A DNA stretch of 64,000 nt, taken from assembly GCA_036405175.1 (NCBI GenBank), contig DASWYC010000002.1:187429-251428 (forward strand), written 5' to 3'. This DNA comes from Minisyncoccota bacterium (lineage in GTDB: Bacteria; Patescibacteriota; Minisyncoccia; Phycocordibacterales; UBA1006). The number at the start of each line of letters is the position of its first letter. The stretch's first letter is position 1. The notes under the pieces are model-generated. The model saw only the letters and a program-made list of their open reading frames with translations, did no database searches and was not told the DNA's origin. This document shows positions 44,730-53,624 of this stretch, in pieces. The position numbers and the translations under genes are program-made.

Positions 44730-45860
44730 ATGAAAATTGCCTATACAGGAGGAGGAACTGGTGGACATGTATATCCGATTATTGCCGTAAATGAAGAACT
44801 GATGGATATCTACGATGATGAAAAATTTATCGATCAAGGAGTGTATTTTTTCTCAAACACTCCATATAACGAAGAACTCCTTCAGCGAAACTTTATCGAA
44901 TACATACATGTTCCAGCAGGAAAGATGCGCATGTATCCATCATTTCAAAATTTCATTGATATTTTTAAAACACTCTACGGAATCATTGTTGCGTTTGTGA
45001 AGCTGTATAAAATTATGCCGGATGTGGTATTTGGAAAAGGCGGCTATTCAAGTTTTCCAACTGTCTTTGCTGCATGGATGATTGGTATTCCTATTGTGAT
45101 TCATGAGTCAGATGTTGCTCCAGGGCGTGCCAACACACTCTGCGGACGCTTTGCAACCTTTATCTGTGTGTCCTATGAAGAAGCTCGAGAATACTTTGCT
45201 AAAAAAGATAAGGTGATCCATACGGGACAACCAATCCGTCGTGCATTGCAAACGCGTCTTGATGAGGAATTTGCCTATGAGGGAATTAATCATAATAAAA
45301 AGACATTGTTGGTAATTGGGGGAAGCCAGGGGGCACAGATTTTTAATAATCTTATGATTCAGCTTGCACCAAATTTGGTGAAGACTCATAATATTTTGCA
45401 TATTGCCGGTGCTAAAAACTATGCCAATCAAAAGCAGGTAATTGATTCAGTACTTGCTCGTAATCCTGATAAAGACTCATACATTTTATTTGAATATGTT
45501 GATGAGATTTTGCTCCGTAAACTCTATTCTGCCGCTGATGCTGCGCTTACTCGTGCAGGTTCAACGCTCTTTGAAATTGCATGTTTTGCCGTGCCATCAA
45601 TCGTGGTGCCATTTACGGTTTCTAATAGAGACCACGCACGCAAGAATGCATTTGCATTTGCAGCAACAGGGGCTGGAACGGTAATTGAAGAAGCCAATCT
45701 GTCCGATGAAATCTTCATGCAAGAGCTCACGTTTATTGAAACTGATGAACGATTCAAACAAGCAGCAGAAACATTTCCATCACTACAACTTCACCGTCAT
45801 GCGGCAAAAACAATTGCTGAGCTTTTGATTACGGTTGCCAAAGAGCACTATAAACAGTAA
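44730..45860 (+). CDS. murG: UDP-N-acetylglucosamine--N-acetylmuramyl-(pentapeptide) pyrophosphoryl-undecaprenol GlcNAc transferase
   Basis: MKIAYTGGGTGGHVYPIIAV is diagnostic. The second-domain GGSQGAQ and TRAG are present. An extended -10 TGATATAAT sits 6 nt before the ATG. Confidence 0.9.
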   Translation: MKIAYTGGGTGGHVYPIIAVNEELMDIYDDEKFIDQGVYFFSNTPYNEELLQRNFIEYIHVPAGKMRMYPSFQNFIDIFKTLYGIIVAFVKLYKIMPDVVFGKGGYSSFPTVFAAWMIGIPIVIHESDVAPGRANTLCGRFATFICVSYEEAREYFAKKDKVIHTGQPIRRALQTRLDEEFAYEGINHNKKTLLVIGGSQGAQIFNNLMIQLAPNLVKTHNILHIAGAKNYANQKQVIDSVLARNPDKDSYILFEYVDEILLRKLYSAADAALTRAGSTLFEIACFAVPSIVVPFTVSNRDHARKNAFAFAATGAGTVIEEANLSDEIFMQELTFIETDERFKQAAETFPSLQLHRHAAKTIAELLITVAKEHYKQ

Positions 45861-45869
45861 ACTGAATAA

Positions 45870-47315
45870 ATGAAAACGAACCAAGTTGTAACACGTTTTG
45901 CACCAAGTCCAACGGGATTTATGCACGTTGGTGGTGTGCGCACGGCATTGTACGCGTGGCTTTTTGCCCGTAAAAATGGCGGAAAATTTATCCTTCGTAT
46001 TGAAGATACTGACAAAGAACGTGAAGTGCAGGGTTCTATTGAACATATTATGAAGTCACTCAAATGGCTTGGCATTGAGTGGAATGAAGGGCCGGATATT
46101 GGCGGACCAAATGCACCCTATATTCAATCTGAGCGCAAAGCATCACATCAAAAATATGCACAGCAATTGATTGATAAAGGACTAGCATATGCTGATCCAT
46201 ATACTGAGGAAGAGGTTGAAGGATTCCGCAAACAAGCAGAAGAAGCTAAGAAGCCATTTTTGTATCGTGATTATCGTCCGGAGAATCCACCAGTATGGGA
46301 TGGGTCACAACCGCTTCGTCTTAAAATTGTTGATCCAAAAGAATCACATTGGCACGATTTAGTGCGCGGAGATTTATCTGCAGGACCAGAAGCGCTTGAT
46401 GATTTTGTGATCATTAAATCTGACGGATACCCAACATATAACTTTGCTCATATTATTGATGATCTTGAAATGGGGGTTACGCACATTATGCGTTCTGATG
46501 AGTTCATCTCGTCAACGCCAAAATATTTGGCACTCTACGAGGCGCTTGGTATTGAGCGTCCAGAGTTTGTCATGTTGCCACCAATTATGGGGGCAGATGG
46601 AAAGAAAAAGTTGGGAAAGCGTGATGGCGCAAAAGATGCTATGGATTATCAGCGTGAAGGATACTTGCCACAAGCACTCATGAACTTTTTAGCATTTATT
46701 GGATGGAATCCTGGTGGCGAGAAGGAAGTATTTACCCCACAAGAACTCATTGAAGAGTTCAGTATTGAACGTATTCATACCAGTGGAGGAAAATTTAATG
46801 AAGAGAAATTGAAGTGGTTTAATAAGGAACATCTTAAATTGATGCTCGAGGATGCTCAAAAAGAATATATTCGTCCAGCAGTGGTTGGATTAAATGTGAC
46901 TCAGGATGCGGGGCGTATCGAACGTTCACTTCTTTCTACTCTTGAGCGTATTTCATACAGTGGAGAAGTGGCAGGATTACTCGAAAATGGAGAGCTTAAC
47001 TACTTACGTGATGAAATTGTTCTTGATCCAGCACTTATTGCATGGAAGCAGTCTACTCAACAAGATGCATATAATCATTTAGGTGTTGTGTTAGATAAGC
47101 TTGCTGGCGTACCCTCAATTACTCAAGCGTTTACTGATGATCTGCTTGCCTATGCAACTGAGCACGGAAAGGGAAATGTTCTATGGCCGCTACGCTACGT
47201 ATTGAGTGGCAGTCAAAAATCTCCTGATCCATTTACACTTTTGACGATTCTTGAAAAAGAAGAAGCTGTTAAACGTATTGAGGCTGGACGTACACAGCTT
47301 GCTGGAATCCTCTAA
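45870..47315 (+). CDS. gltX: Glutamate--tRNA ligase
   Basis: VTRFAPSPTGFMHVGGVRTALYAWLFARKNGGKFILRIEDTDKERE, HIGH and KLGKR (KMSKS-like) motifs. Confidence 0.95.
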   Translation: MKTNQVVTRFAPSPTGFMHVGGVRTALYAWLFARKNGGKFILRIEDTDKEREVQGSIEHIMKSLKWLGIEWNEGPDIGGPNAPYIQSERKASHQKYAQQLIDKGLAYADPYTEEEVEGFRKQAEEAKKPFLYRDYRPENPPVWDGSQPLRLKIVDPKESHWHDLVRGDLSAGPEALDDFVIIKSDGYPTYNFAHIIDDLEMGVTHIMRSDEFISSTPKYLALYEALGIERPEFVMLPPIMGADGKKKLGKRDGAKDAMDYQREGYLPQALMNFLAFIGWNPGGEKEVFTPQELIEEFSIERIHTSGGKFNEEKLKWFNKEHLKLMLEDAQKEYIRPAVVGLNVTQDAGRIERSLLSTLERISYSGEVAGLLENGELNYLRDEIVLDPALIAWKQSTQQDAYNHLGVVLDKLAGVPSITQAFTDDLLAYATEHGKGNVLWPLRYVLSGSQKSPDPFTLLTILEKEEAVKRIEAGRTQLAGIL

Positions 47316-47319
47316 AAAT

Positions 47320-47350
47320 AAAAACTCGCTAGTTAGGCGAGTTTTTATTT
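47320..47350. terminator. Bidirectional terminator
   Basis: aaaactcgc-tagttagg-gcgagttttt followed by attttt. Confidence 0.75.
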
Positions 47351-47368
47351 TTAAATTTAGTAACTTAC

Positions 47369-47710
47369 TTATCTTAATAGGGTAAGTAGAACGAGTACAG
47401 AAAAAAAGAAAAATCCTCCTAAAAGAATATTTACTTTAGAAATCTTCTTTCCAAAGAACTTATGTATATAAAATTGTATAAATTCATCATCAGAGTTTAT
47501 TTTTTTATCGTAAATTCTCCTCAAGTTAAATTCCCACTTGGTAGGTGGGCAGTATCCCAAGAAAATCCAACAAGACATCCAAATCACTAATGAAACTAAA
47601 TAGAAATACTTAAATTCTGGGAATAACCATCCAGCAAGAAATACAATGCCAAGAAGTACGTGAAGGACAAAAAGAAGATTGGCGAACCCAAGGATTATAA
47701 TCTTTTTCAC
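47369..47710 (-). CDS. Small integral membrane protein, DUF2784-like
   Basis: 113 aa with 3-4 TM helices and a GYCPPTKWE motif resembling the DUF2784 CPLT..E signature. The start is GTG, 6 nt downstream of an extended -10 TGATATATT on the minus strand. Confidence 0.5.
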   Translation of the reverse strand: MKKIIILGFANLLFVLHVLLGIVFLAGWLFPEFKYFYLVSLVIWMSCWIFLGYCPPTKWEFNLRRIYDKKINSDDEFIQFYIHKFFGKKISKVNILLGGFFFFSVLVLLTLLR

Positions 47711-47764
47711 TCCTTTAATATATCATGGACTCAAAAAGTTTTAATGAATATTTTATTTCCTCAA

Positions 47765-47875
47765 AGTGAGCAGTCGCGCAGTGGCTGATAGAGAGTGCCG
47801 CTGCAGCGCTTCGGCACGACCATATCAGACCGCGAGCGTAGGGCCAATAGAGCCCGCTGCGAACGAGAGGAAATA
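47765..47875. ncRNA. Candidate structured RNA element, GC-rich, of unknown class; strand undetermined
   Basis: A 110-nt GC-rich island sits in an AT-rich divergent intergenic region, upstream of both flanking -10 boxes. It contains nested helices (CTGATA/TATCAG, GTGCCG/CGGCAC, GGGC/GCCC) and a UUCG loop. Confidence 0.3.
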
Positions 47876-47927
47876 GCATTTTGCATTAAACTTTAGGTGC
47901 TACCGCTATAGTATACTGAGAAGAACT

Positions 47928-49211
47928 ATGCAGCGCGTGGCTTTTATAATGTTTTCTCTTGCAATAATTGGTGTAACGCCACTTATTACTCATGCATCCG
48001 CAAAAGAAGAATCGTTAAAAGTTCAAAAAACTATTACTACGCTTGAGCAGCAAAAACAAGATTTGCTGGATCAGCAACTGCAGCGCAAAGAAGAGCACAT
48101 GAATATTAAAAATAAACTTAAATATAATGAGCTCAATAAAGAAGAGACACTCTTGCTAATTGCAGAAGAAATGAATGAATTAGAATCAAGTGGCAGCACC
48201 ATCTCAACGCTTACCAAAGGAATCATCTCGCAAGAGCGACTGGTAAAAAATCTCGTACGCCGTATTTATATGCTGCAAAGCCAGAATCGTTTCTTGACGT
48301 ATCTTTCTCAAAAGAAACTTTTGGATGATTCAAAAACTTCATATGTTGGGGTGCTTAATAATCTCCACTCAAATATTACGCAATACAAAAATCTTTTAGC
48401 TGCGCTCTCTCAAATTCAGGATAGTCATGAATTGTCTCAACTCAACCTTGATCGTCTTGAAGAAATTTATCAATTTAGAATGACGGAGCTTCAGCAAGTC
48501 ATTGAAGCTGATACACGAGAAATGCAAAGCCGCAGCGAGCAGCTCAAGCAACTTGATCAAACCATCAACAAGCAGAAAGAACACTATGCGGAACTCCAAA
48601 TAGAGATCGAAGCCGATTTGATTATGGCTGAGAATCGTAATGTGTCATACAAAGCACCGGAACCAGGTGAATTGTTCTCGTGGCCCCTCAAAGAAATATT
48701 AGTAACACAGATGTTTGGACAAACCAAAGATGCTAAGCGTTTGTATGTATCGGGCAGTCATAGTGGGGTAGATTTTAGAGCAAACTATGACACCATTCTT
48801 TCAATTGGAAAAGGAGTAGTTGCGGCTGTGGGTGATACCGACTTGGCATGCAGTAGATCATCATTTGGAAAATGGATTTTGATTGAATATCCGGAAGGAG
48901 TGTCAGTAACCTATGCACACTTGTCTAAAGTATTTGTGTCACCTGGTGATGTAGTTGGTGTAGGTGATGCAATTGCAGTATCAGGAAATACCGGACGCAC
49001 TACGGGGCCGCACCTTCACCTGGGAATGTATACCACGTATGATAATCTGGGTAAAAAAGTGGTACATGTTGAAGGAAAGGAGAGTACAGTTTGCAAGGGA
49101 AAGATTTTAGTACAGCCACGTGCGCCACGTAGTGCGTATTTGGATCCTCTTGAGTATCTACCCAAACTCCAAAAAGGTATGGCAAAGGTAGGATCAACTC
49201 ATAATCATTGA
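47928..49211 (+). CDS. M23-family peptidoglycan endopeptidase with an N-terminal signal peptide and a long coiled coil (EnvC/LytM-like)
   Basis: A signal peptide, about 230 aa of coiled coil, then the M23 domain: GVDFRA..., the HxxxD region and GRTTGPHLHLGMY (HxH). The agtatact -10 lies 10 nt upstream. Confidence 0.8.
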   Translation: MQRVAFIMFSLAIIGVTPLITHASAKEESLKVQKTITTLEQQKQDLLDQQLQRKEEHMNIKNKLKYNELNKEETLLLIAEEMNELESSGSTISTLTKGIISQERLVKNLVRRIYMLQSQNRFLTYLSQKKLLDDSKTSYVGVLNNLHSNITQYKNLLAALSQIQDSHELSQLNLDRLEEIYQFRMTELQQVIEADTREMQSRSEQLKQLDQTINKQKEHYAELQIEIEADLIMAENRNVSYKAPEPGELFSWPLKEILVTQMFGQTKDAKRLYVSGSHSGVDFRANYDTILSIGKGVVAAVGDTDLACSRSSFGKWILIEYPEGVSVTYAHLSKVFVSPGDVVGVGDAIAVSGNTGRTTGPHLHLGMYTTYDNLGKKVVHVEGKESTVCKGKILVQPRAPRSAYLDPLEYLPKLQKGMAKVGSTHNH

Positions 49212-49213
49212 TT

Positions 49214-49245
49214 CAATAAAACCACTCATCTGAGTGGTTTTATTG
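49214..49245. terminator. Bidirectional terminator
   Basis: caataaaaccact-catctg-agtggttttattg. Confidence 0.75.
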
Positions 49246-49773
49246 AATTGGTGCAAATCTAAAATTATTCTTTTGATAGAGCTCAACAGAAACTCCAAGT
49301 GAAGGCTCGAGAGGAATCACGGTACGCGTATACTTTGAAACAACATCGTGATTTGCAAAATGAATCATACGTTCTTGCTGAAGCTGGCTAAATTCTGCAA
49401 TAGCAAGCGTAGCCCCATGCTTAAGGATTCTGTGAACTTCGGTAAGGAGGCTTTTCTCATGAATAAATTCATGGAATGAGTTCGAAAAAATCACCAGATC
49501 GGCACTTTCATCAGGAAGCTGGGTAGAGAAGATCACAGGTGTCGCCATGTAAAGGATAGTGATGTTTGAATATTCTGCGTATGCTTTTGAAAGCTTAGCG
49601 TGTTGATCCTTTGAATGAGTTACACCAAGGTATAAGTCTCCGGTTTTGAGTGCTTCTTCAATAAGCGGTGGATGCCCGTATGATGAGAATACACCAAACT
49701 CAACAATTCTATACCCACGGAATTGCGGATTAAGGATCATTTTTTGAATTTGAAGCGGCAAAGCAAACCACAT
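49240..49773 (-). CDS. Class I SAM-dependent methyltransferase-like protein
   Basis: ADLVIFSNSFHEF...LLTEVHRILKHGATLAIAEF is a methyltransferase post-motif-II/III region. The track start at 49821 is an ATG sharing a CATG with the divergent ABC gene start and has no promoter. The internal ATG at 49773, with TACAAT upstream, is preferred. Confidence 0.5.
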   Translation of the reverse strand: MWFALPLQIQKMILNPQFRGYRIVEFGVFSSYGHPPLIEEALKTGDLYLGVTHSKDQHAKLSKAYAEYSNITILYMATPVIFSTQLPDESADLVIFSNSFHEFIHEKSLLTEVHRILKHGATLAIAEFSQLQQERMIHFANHDVVSKYTRTVIPLEPSLGVSVELYQKNNFRFAPIQ

Positions 49774-49819
49774 ATCATGTTTATTGTAGCATGATGGTGA
49801 GGATGGTATATTTAGTATC

Positions 49820-51616
49820 ATGTCTCAAGCCTCTGAAACAAAAACTAATACTATTTTAAGAACTTTAGGTAAAATAAATAAAATTGCTATTCAGGAGTAT
49901 CCTTGGTTTCTGTTTGGAATCCTGATACTAACTCTTGTGCTATCTGCAGCACCATATATGTTCTCATTTGTACAAGGAATATTTGTTGATCGCCTTGTAG
50001 ACTACGTAAACCTTGGGTCCAATACTCTTAAAAGTATTTATACAATTCTTGGTGTTTTTGTAGGCGTTTATTTGATTCAAGAAATTATTGGAGTATTTTT
50101 AAGTTTTATTGATCGTAGATTTGGTGTAAAAATTGATGGAACGACCTCACTACTGCTTCTTAAAAAGAAGGGAGAACTTAGTGTTGCTGATTACGATAAC
50201 AGTGAAATTTGGTCGAGTGTCACCAAAGCAACAGAAGCCCAAGGTTCAATCCGGGCAACTATTTATGCACAAAATCAAATCCTTAAACAGATTATCAGCT
50301 TGGTGATCGGAGCAGTGATTGTGGCTCGATTTTCAGGTCTTTCTCTTCTTATTGCACTCCTTGCATCTGCTCCTTCTGCAATTATTAGTTTTCTTGAGAA
50401 TAATGCAGATTGGAAGCGTTGGCTTCAGGATACAACCATGAGAAAACATATTAACTATATTTATGGACTTTTCGGCACAGAGAGAACGCTTGCTGAGATG
50501 AAATTTTTTCAAGTTGGATCTAAGTTAACTTCAAAATGGGATACAGAGCGAAAAGAGCATATTGAGAAGAAGATTTTTGCTATCCAAAACAGATTTGCCC
50601 CTCTCTTCAGTCTTGCATCTGTTTTTTCTGCACTCGGATATATGGCAATTTTTTACATCCTTACCCAACAGGGGATTAAAGGAGAAATTTCTATAGGAGA
50701 TATTATCTTTTATATCTCAAGTATTTTTGGTTTGAGTAATGCGTTCTCAGGACTTCTTTCAAGTATTGGAATGAACTATCAAAACGTTCTTAAGCTTAAA
50801 GAATATGTTGACTTTCTTGAAATAAAGCCGTCAATGGTTGATGGGACAAACTCTCCAGTTCAGCTCATTCATCCACCTTTGATGACAATTAAAGATTTAT
50901 ATTTTGGATATCAAGATAAAAAAGTACTCAAAGGAGTTTCGGCAATAATTAAACCGGGAGAAAAGATTGCAATTGTTGGTTTAAATGGAGCAGGAAAGAC
51001 AACACTCATTAAAATGATCACCAAGGTATACAACCCAGATTCAGGTTCAATTAAAATTAATGAACATGATCTTGAAGATCTTGCATCATCGTGGTGGTAT
51101 GGACATTTAGGTGTGCTCTCTCAAGAATATACTAATTACAGTTTTACGGTTGAAGAATCTATTGCAGTGGGAAGCAATGATCCTATGAACGAAGATCGCG
51201 TGATTGAATCTGCAAAGCTTGCTCAGATTCATGACACGATTATGGAATTGCCACTTGGATACAAAACACAGCTCGGGCGTCAATTTAAAGATGGACATAA
51301 CTTCTCAATTGGACAGTGGCAGAAGTTAGCAATTGCGCGTGCGCTCTACCGCAAGCCAAAAGTACTCATTTTGGATGAACCAACCTCAGCCGTTGATGCA
51401 GAGGCAGAAGAAGCTATCTTTAATAACCTTCATGATCTTTCAAAAGAAACCACGCTTATCTTCGTCTCACACAGATTCTCAACGATTCGTCGTGCAGACC
51501 GCATTCTCTTGGTATCTGATGGGAAAATCAGTGAACAGGGAGCCCACGAGGATCTCATGAAGATGAAGGGTGAATATTCGCGACTCTTTACTCTTCAGGC
51601 TAAGTCGTATCAATAA
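49820..51616 (+). CDS. ABC transporter permease/ATP-binding protein (type I exporter half-transporter)
   Basis: 598 aa. A 6-TM domain, then an NBD with Walker A GLNGAGKTT, the Q-loop, the signature-like FSIGQWQKLAIARAL and Walker B ILILDEPTSAVD. Confidence 0.9.
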   Translation: MSQASETKTNTILRTLGKINKIAIQEYPWFLFGILILTLVLSAAPYMFSFVQGIFVDRLVDYVNLGSNTLKSIYTILGVFVGVYLIQEIIGVFLSFIDRRFGVKIDGTTSLLLLKKKGELSVADYDNSEIWSSVTKATEAQGSIRATIYAQNQILKQIISLVIGAVIVARFSGLSLLIALLASAPSAIISFLENNADWKRWLQDTTMRKHINYIYGLFGTERTLAEMKFFQVGSKLTSKWDTERKEHIEKKIFAIQNRFAPLFSLASVFSALGYMAIFYILTQQGIKGEISIGDIIFYISSIFGLSNAFSGLLSSIGMNYQNVLKLKEYVDFLEIKPSMVDGTNSPVQLIHPPLMTIKDLYFGYQDKKVLKGVSAIIKPGEKIAIVGLNGAGKTTLIKMITKVYNPDSGSIKINEHDLEDLASSWWYGHLGVLSQEYTNYSFTVEESIAVGSNDPMNEDRVIESAKLAQIHDTIMELPLGYKTQLGRQFKDGHNFSIGQWQKLAIARALYRKPKVLILDEPTSAVDAEAEEAIFNNLHDLSKETTLIFVSHRFSTIRRADRILLVSDGKISEQGAHEDLMKMKGEYSRLFTLQAKSYQ

Positions 51617-51685
51617 TATTGACATTATCTATTAATATGTTATACTGAAATCTGTAATATAAATTAACATTTAAATATCATATTA

Positions 51686-53512
51686 ATGGAAAAATTGAAT
51701 AATATCGACCTCTACAAACAGATTATTGGCTTCGCAAAGCCTTTCAAAAAGCCCTTCATATGGGTGTTCACCTGCATTGCTATTGCAAATGCTGCAAGCG
51801 CTCTTGCGGCTTGGTGTTTCAGTAAGATATTTAATATCATACAAGAACATCGGACAGATAAGGAATATCTCTATGTCAGCTTAGGTCTTACGGTAGTATC
51901 AGGAGTATTCTTCTTGATAAGAATACTTGTAACAACTAAGCAAGGAAAGATTGAAGTAAAGTATTTGGATTATCTAATTCAGAATTATTTAAATCATGCA
52001 TCGGTCGCCAAATTCTTTTCTTTTTCAGGAGGTCAGCACTTGAACGAACATTCAGGAGTTAAACAAAGTATCGTAAATAATGGAGTATCGTCATTAAAGT
52101 CTCAAATTGAAGAACTTATCTACGACCTTACTCCCAATGCATTACGATTTCTCATGGCGCTATTCCTACTAATGTATGCAAACTTATTGGTAGGATTATT
52201 GTTTATTATTGTATCTGTGATATTCGGATTAATGATGCATAGATATAATTTAAAGCTTGTGCCTGGAATTCGTAAGCTGCGAGACTACAACATCGTTAGA
52301 TCCCGCTTTACCTCTGAACTGTTTAGGTTTGTTGGTCTTGTTAAAAGTGAAAGTCAAGAAAAACGTTCGCTCACAGAACTCAATGGGGTACAATCAACCG
52401 GTCAAGAAATTTATGCAGAAACTTGGAATCCAGCCATCGATAGGATGAGGGTCATACGGTTTATCGTAACAAGTTTGCGCTATGGACTTATTGCTCTTGG
52501 GGTTTATTTATTTTTTGATAATAAGCTTGGGGCAGGCGATTTATTCTTAATCTTTACATGGTCAACCACCTTTATTGACAGCTTGTGGGAGTTTACTGAT
52601 TTTCATAAAAGATTTCTGCTTGATAAGATAAATATTGAGAAATACTTTCAGATACTAAATGTTAAGCCTGATATTCTTATTGTTGAGAATCCAATAAAAA
52701 TTCCCAATCTAAAAGGGGTTATTGAGTTTAAAGATGTTACTTTTGGTTATCCTAGACGAAAAGATTCTCATGAAAGTATCGAAAACGATGAAGAACCTTT
52801 TCAAAATGTTCTTCATAAAATATCTTTTAAGATATATCCTGGAGAAAAAATAGGAATTGTGGGGGAATCAGGTTCAGGAAAGTCAACTTTGGGATCATTA
52901 ATATTGAGAAGTTTTGATCCTCAAGAAGGCCAAATATTCATTGATGGTAATGACTTGCGTTTACTTGATCTTGGTCTATATCTTAAACAAGTAGGCGTTG
53001 TTCCTCAGCAGGTAGATCTTCTCGACCGTTCCATTAAAGATAATATTCTTTTTGGACTGAACGAAGGGGCAGAAATACTCTCAGATGAACAACTCAAAGA
53101 AATTGCAGAAATGGCTGGCATTAACGGTTTCTTTTCTCGATTAGAACATGGATTTGATACACTTGCTGGTGAACGTGGTATAAAGCTTTCTGGCGGAGAA
53201 CGTCAAAGGATTGGAATCGCTCGAGCTTTAGCAAAGAATCCTCAAATTATGATTTTTGATGAAGCAACATCTGCGCTGGATACAGTAAATGAAAAGATTG
53301 TTCAAGACGCAATAAATAGGGCATGTAAAGATAAAACAGCTCTGATTATTGCTCATCGCTTATCTACGGTTAAAAGTTGTGACAAAATTATGGTCTTTAG
53401 GGCTGGATATCTTGTTGATATTGGCTCTCACGAAGATTTATTAAAAAGATGTGACTATTACTCTGAGCTTGTTGCTCATCAAATCGAGCAAGTTACATTT
53501 AGTTTAAATTAA
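51686..53512 (+). CDS. ABC transporter permease/ATP-binding protein (type I exporter half-transporter), likely the heterodimer partner of the upstream gene
   Basis: 608 aa. A TMD plus an NBD with Walker A GESGSGKST, the signature LSGGERQRIGIARAL and Walker B MIFDEATSALD. Confidence 0.9.
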   Translation: MEKLNNIDLYKQIIGFAKPFKKPFIWVFTCIAIANAASALAAWCFSKIFNIIQEHRTDKEYLYVSLGLTVVSGVFFLIRILVTTKQGKIEVKYLDYLIQNYLNHASVAKFFSFSGGQHLNEHSGVKQSIVNNGVSSLKSQIEELIYDLTPNALRFLMALFLLMYANLLVGLLFIIVSVIFGLMMHRYNLKLVPGIRKLRDYNIVRSRFTSELFRFVGLVKSESQEKRSLTELNGVQSTGQEIYAETWNPAIDRMRVIRFIVTSLRYGLIALGVYLFFDNKLGAGDLFLIFTWSTTFIDSLWEFTDFHKRFLLDKINIEKYFQILNVKPDILIVENPIKIPNLKGVIEFKDVTFGYPRRKDSHESIENDEEPFQNVLHKISFKIYPGEKIGIVGESGSGKSTLGSLILRSFDPQEGQIFIDGNDLRLLDLGLYLKQVGVVPQQVDLLDRSIKDNILFGLNEGAEILSDEQLKEIAEMAGINGFFSRLEHGFDTLAGERGIKLSGGERQRIGIARALAKNPQIMIFDEATSALDTVNEKIVQDAINRACKDKTALIIAHRLSTVKSCDKIMVFRAGYLVDIGSHEDLLKRCDYYSELVAHQIEQVTFSLN

Positions 53513-53520
53513 TTTCTTAA

Positions 53521-53551
53521 AAAGACTCTCAAGCATCTTGAGAGTCTTTTT
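53521..53551 (+). terminator. Intrinsic terminator after the ABC pair
   Basis: aaagactctcaag-catc-ttgagagtcttttt. Confidence 0.75.
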
Positions 53552-53580
53552 GTATGAATATCAAGATTTTTTGTTAAAAA

Positions 53581-53607
53581 ATCCACCTGCAGACCGGTGG
53601 GTTTTTT
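53581..53607 (+). terminator. Second tandem hairpin/terminator
   Basis: atccacc-tgcagacc-ggtgggtttttt. Confidence 0.55.
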
Positions 53608-53624
53608 GGTATACTAGTTCCGTT

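Noticed and set aside
49819-49822. Both divergent genes (methyltransferase-like and ABC exporter) starting from the same palindromic CATG.
   Set aside because: The minus-strand start at 49821 has no -10 element and would overlap the ABC promoter. An internal ATG at 49773 with an upstream TACAAT is more plausible, so the shared start is probably an ORF-extension artefact.
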